Assembly: GCA_032718475.1 (NCBI GenBank)
Contig: JAUCBJ010001981.1
Location: 13,716 to 77,715 of the forward strand
DNA: 64,000 bases
Reading direction: 5' to 3'
From: Nemertoderma westbladi
Lineage: Eukaryota > Animalia > Xenacoelomorpha
The notes beneath the pieces are model-generated. The model made no database searches, was not told the DNA's origin, and saw nothing but the letters and a program-made list of their open reading frames with translations. Position numbers and translations under genes: made by a program. Numbering within the stretch: the stretch's first letter is position 1; every line of letters begins with the position of its first letter. Below are positions 61,055 through 64,000 of this stretch, piece after piece.

Positions 61055-61335
61055 TTGACAAATAACTAACAATTGTGGCAAGTTATACTAAGTTCTTAAC
61101 AAAATTGCCACCTTTATTTTAACTGCCACTTTTCACAAAATTTTGTTAAGTATTTGACAAATAACTAACAAATGTGGCAAGTTATATTAAGTTCTTAATA
61201 AAATTGCAACCTTTATTTTGACTGCCACTTTTCACAAAATTTTGTTAAGTATTTGACAAATAACTAACAAGTCAGAGAAAGTTCTTAAAATTTTACATTC
61301 AACTGTCATTTTTGATAAAATTTTGTTAAGTATTT
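61055..61335 (+). repeat. ~110-bp tandem repeat, ~2.5 copies
   Basis: ttgacaaataactaacaa recurs at ~61055, ~61154 and ~61253. Confidence 0.7.
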
Positions 61336-62118
61336 GGCAATTCTAGTTTGTATCTTTGAATGCTGCAGTAGCATGCAGTGTGCAGAGTACCGCTGGTACT
61401 GCTACTGCTGTACCCTACTGTCAGTGTCATTCTCCAATTTGCCAATAGCCATACTACAGCAGTACAGTACTACAGTACTACCAGTCTGCCAGTACTGTAG
61501 TAACATGGTAATTCGTAAGGACCCTACAGCCCTAGGCGTACTGAAGTAGGGTATGCCTACCGGTAGGTTTTTTATTAAATTTGTTGACTACCTTTCAGCC
61601 TTTAGCCTAATTGCATAGCCTATTGACCTGTTGACAGGATTGACCTAATGCTGTAATACAGTAATATGTAATACTGTAGGTGTAGCCTAATATTTACCGG
61701 TAGGCCTATTGTATTTTAATTACCATTACCAGGTACCGGCTGCCGGCAGTGGCAGAAGACCCCTTTGAAAAGTTTTATTTCCCTCGCCGAATGCCGCGGC
61801 GCCGGGTGCAAAAAATCCTGCGCTGGCTAAGCACTAACAGACTAAGTGCAAAGCCATGCCAGGCTGCCAGGAGCCAGGCACTGCCATGCCAGGTCCAAAA
61901 ATCGTGCGCTAGCTCGGTGCAAAGCCTTGCCAGGTGTAAAACGTTTCTAGACACCCACAAATTAAAAAATTATTAAATATATATTAAATATTAATATATT
62001 AAATATATTAAAAAATTACTGTATTTAGGACTACTCCGTTGAAAATATGCCGGTAACTAACTCGAACTATCTAATACTGTAATATCAATATAGCTATCTG
62101 CTGTTTCAGTGTTTAGCC

Positions 62119-62766
62119 ATGACTGAAGATACAAGTAGTAGTGATCTCTACCAGCACCAGGTCCCATGGAACCCAGATGCATGCTATACCGGTACCGGTA
62201 TATATATTGGTGACAACATTGGGTTGGGCCCCGGAACTGGCAGACCAAATGAAACTTCATTCGTTTCAGCTTCAGGAGCAGCCTGCAGTACCAGCACCCC
62301 CGCAAACAGGCAGTGCCAATCGGGCCTCCCTCCGCGTAATCCACGGCAATTTTCAAACCGAGCAAGGGCGAGTACAGTGTATATACTTCTGTTTTATCCC
62401 GATGAGCAGCAATATGCTGTGATAGCAAATAATTCAACATTACTTCCCTCCGATTTAAATATATCCACACTAACTCCTAATCAAATGATATATATTAAAA
62501 GCGATAGCCCTGGTGAGAAGACCCGTGTTCCTGTATTATATCTGGATAGCTCAGAAAGTCGAGAATACATTTTAATTAGGGAGGAACGTCTTAATGCGGA
62601 GCAGCAACGTCGCGGTTCTAAAAATATTAGTATTTCGGATAGCTTTGGATTTTTAGAGCGTTCAGTGGGGAACGCCACAACCGCGGATACCACCACTACA
62701 AGAAGTGATTATAATACTATTCTAAGAAACGGTTCATACAAGAAATATTACCGATTTTTAATATAA
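62119..62766 (+). CDS. Hypothetical 215-aa ORF upstream of LINE ORF1
   Basis: ATG-initiated and uninterrupted; no recognised motif. Confidence 0.3.
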   Translation: MTEDTSSSDLYQHQVPWNPDACYTGTGIYIGDNIGLGPGTGRPNETSFVSASGAACSTSTPANRQCQSGLPPRNPRQFSNRARASTVYILLFYPDEQQYAVIANNSTLLPSDLNISTLTPNQMIYIKSDSPGEKTRVPVLYLDSSESREYILIREERLNAEQQRRGSKNISISDSFGFLERSVGNATTADTTTTRSDYNTILRNGSYKKYYRFLI

Positions 62767-62839
62767 AAATTGTATTTGTGATTTGATATTTGAATTGTGA
62801 ATTGATTTGGTTATTATATACCCGTACCGTATTTATGGT

Positions 62840-63874
62840 ATGGCGCCACCAGATATTGAAGTCAACAAAGACGATGCAAAGGCAACAAAAAGGAAAACTG
62901 GAGGCGGATCTGCAGTCGGCAGTGCCTCGCAACCAATCGGCACAGGCCGACGGCAGTCACTTGCCAAACAAAAGAGATGGCTAAAAACTAGCGTAGAATG
63001 CAGCATCTGTAACTCTACGTGGACTGAAGTTGAAGTTCCTAGTGAAGCAAGCATCAGTGGTCGAGACTACGCCTGCGGATTCTGTTGTGCAGATTGGATG
63101 AAAAATGCGAAAGGTGAAAATTTAAAGGTGCGTGGTGATATCGACGAGATGATGGAATCGCAGGTGAAAATCCATGCCGAACTGGAGGAAGTTAGTCAGA
63201 AAGTTATATCGACTCTACGTTGCGAGCTCGAAACTCGACTAAACATTGTGGAATCTGCCCAGGATGGTGTCCATGCAACGTTAAAGGAGTTGGAACTTGT
63301 GGAAAACCAACCTATTCAAAACAATGATGATGGAACGGCTACCGCTACATCAACCTCATGGGTCGAGGTAGTTAAAAAGAACTCAAATCGACTTAAAGAC
63401 CTACAAACGAAAATTGATCTACAAGCTCAATTCCAACCTCATAACTCAAAAGACGATTCTGTAAAGATTGAGAAAGCTATAATGCAAAACAACCAGCGCA
63501 AGAATAATGTCGTCATTCGCAACATCCCAGGAGACAGCGGAAGTAATAATTCTGACAAACAACGAGATATAGATACTAAATTTCTACGAGAAGCCCTCGA
63601 TGAGAAACTGCAATACCGTGGTATTACCAGACTTGGTAATCATCGTGATGACGGTTCTCCCCGGCCGATTTTATTGACATTCTCCACTTGTGAAGAAGCT
63701 TGCAGCGTTCTCGCAAGACGATCATTTGCAGTGAAAGAAATCCGCTATTACCTTGATAGAGACATGTCACGGTATGAACGTGAGGCAGAATTTAAGATTA
63801 GACAGAAACGAAGGGCACATAGACAGCAGAAGACAGGTTCAACCGCTAGCAATGAACTGAAATCGCTGGATTGA
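62840..63874 (+). mobile_element. LINE (CR1/L2-type) ORF1p
   Basis: PHD-like CSIC...YACGFC, coiled coil, SWVEVVKK, RKNNVVIRNIP, RLG...PRPILLTF, RDMSRYERE. Confidence 0.78.
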
Positions 63875-63886
63875 CTGTCCATGGTG

Positions 63887-64000
63887 CCCGCGCGGCCCCC
63901 GGCTGCGTCGCCTTCTCCCGCGCGGCCCCCGGCTGCGTCGCCTTCTCCCGCGCGGCCCCCGGCTGTGTTGCCTTTGCCCGCGCGGCCCCCGGCAGCGTCG
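63887..64000 (+). repeat. GC-rich 30-bp tandem repeat running off the window end
   Basis: ggctgcgtcgccttctcccgcgcggccccc with period 30. Confidence 0.9.

Overview
This is eukaryotic (metazoan) genomic DNA with AT-rich introns, not prokaryotic. Three conserved host genes lie on the + strand. ECD/ecdysoneless (1812-3810) is intronless with an apparent frame break near 3030-3045. FBF1 (5352-41466) has 17 coding exons that I spliced by hand with consistent phases, giving about 821 aa. CCAR1 (52957-57077) has 2 exons and about 1011 aa. The most striking structure is in FBF1: three introns begin with kb-scale minisatellite arrays (17-, 19- and 53-bp units, about 15.5 kb in total). In each, the repeat unit is a copy of that intron's own exon/5' splice-site junction, giving hundreds of out-of-frame decoy donors. 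FBF1 intron 15 also holds a nested same-strand ORF for a single-pass membrane protein with 56 x 30-bp repeats. A decayed Ty3/Gypsy element (43531-47670, -) is directly preceded by a GC-rich decayed ~820-codon ORF carrying a DEDDy/WRN-type 3'-5' exonuclease domain and an LTR-like segment. The window also has two hammerhead-like motifs in inverted-repeat elements, several MITEs and LINE fragments. All calls were made by eye, without database searches.
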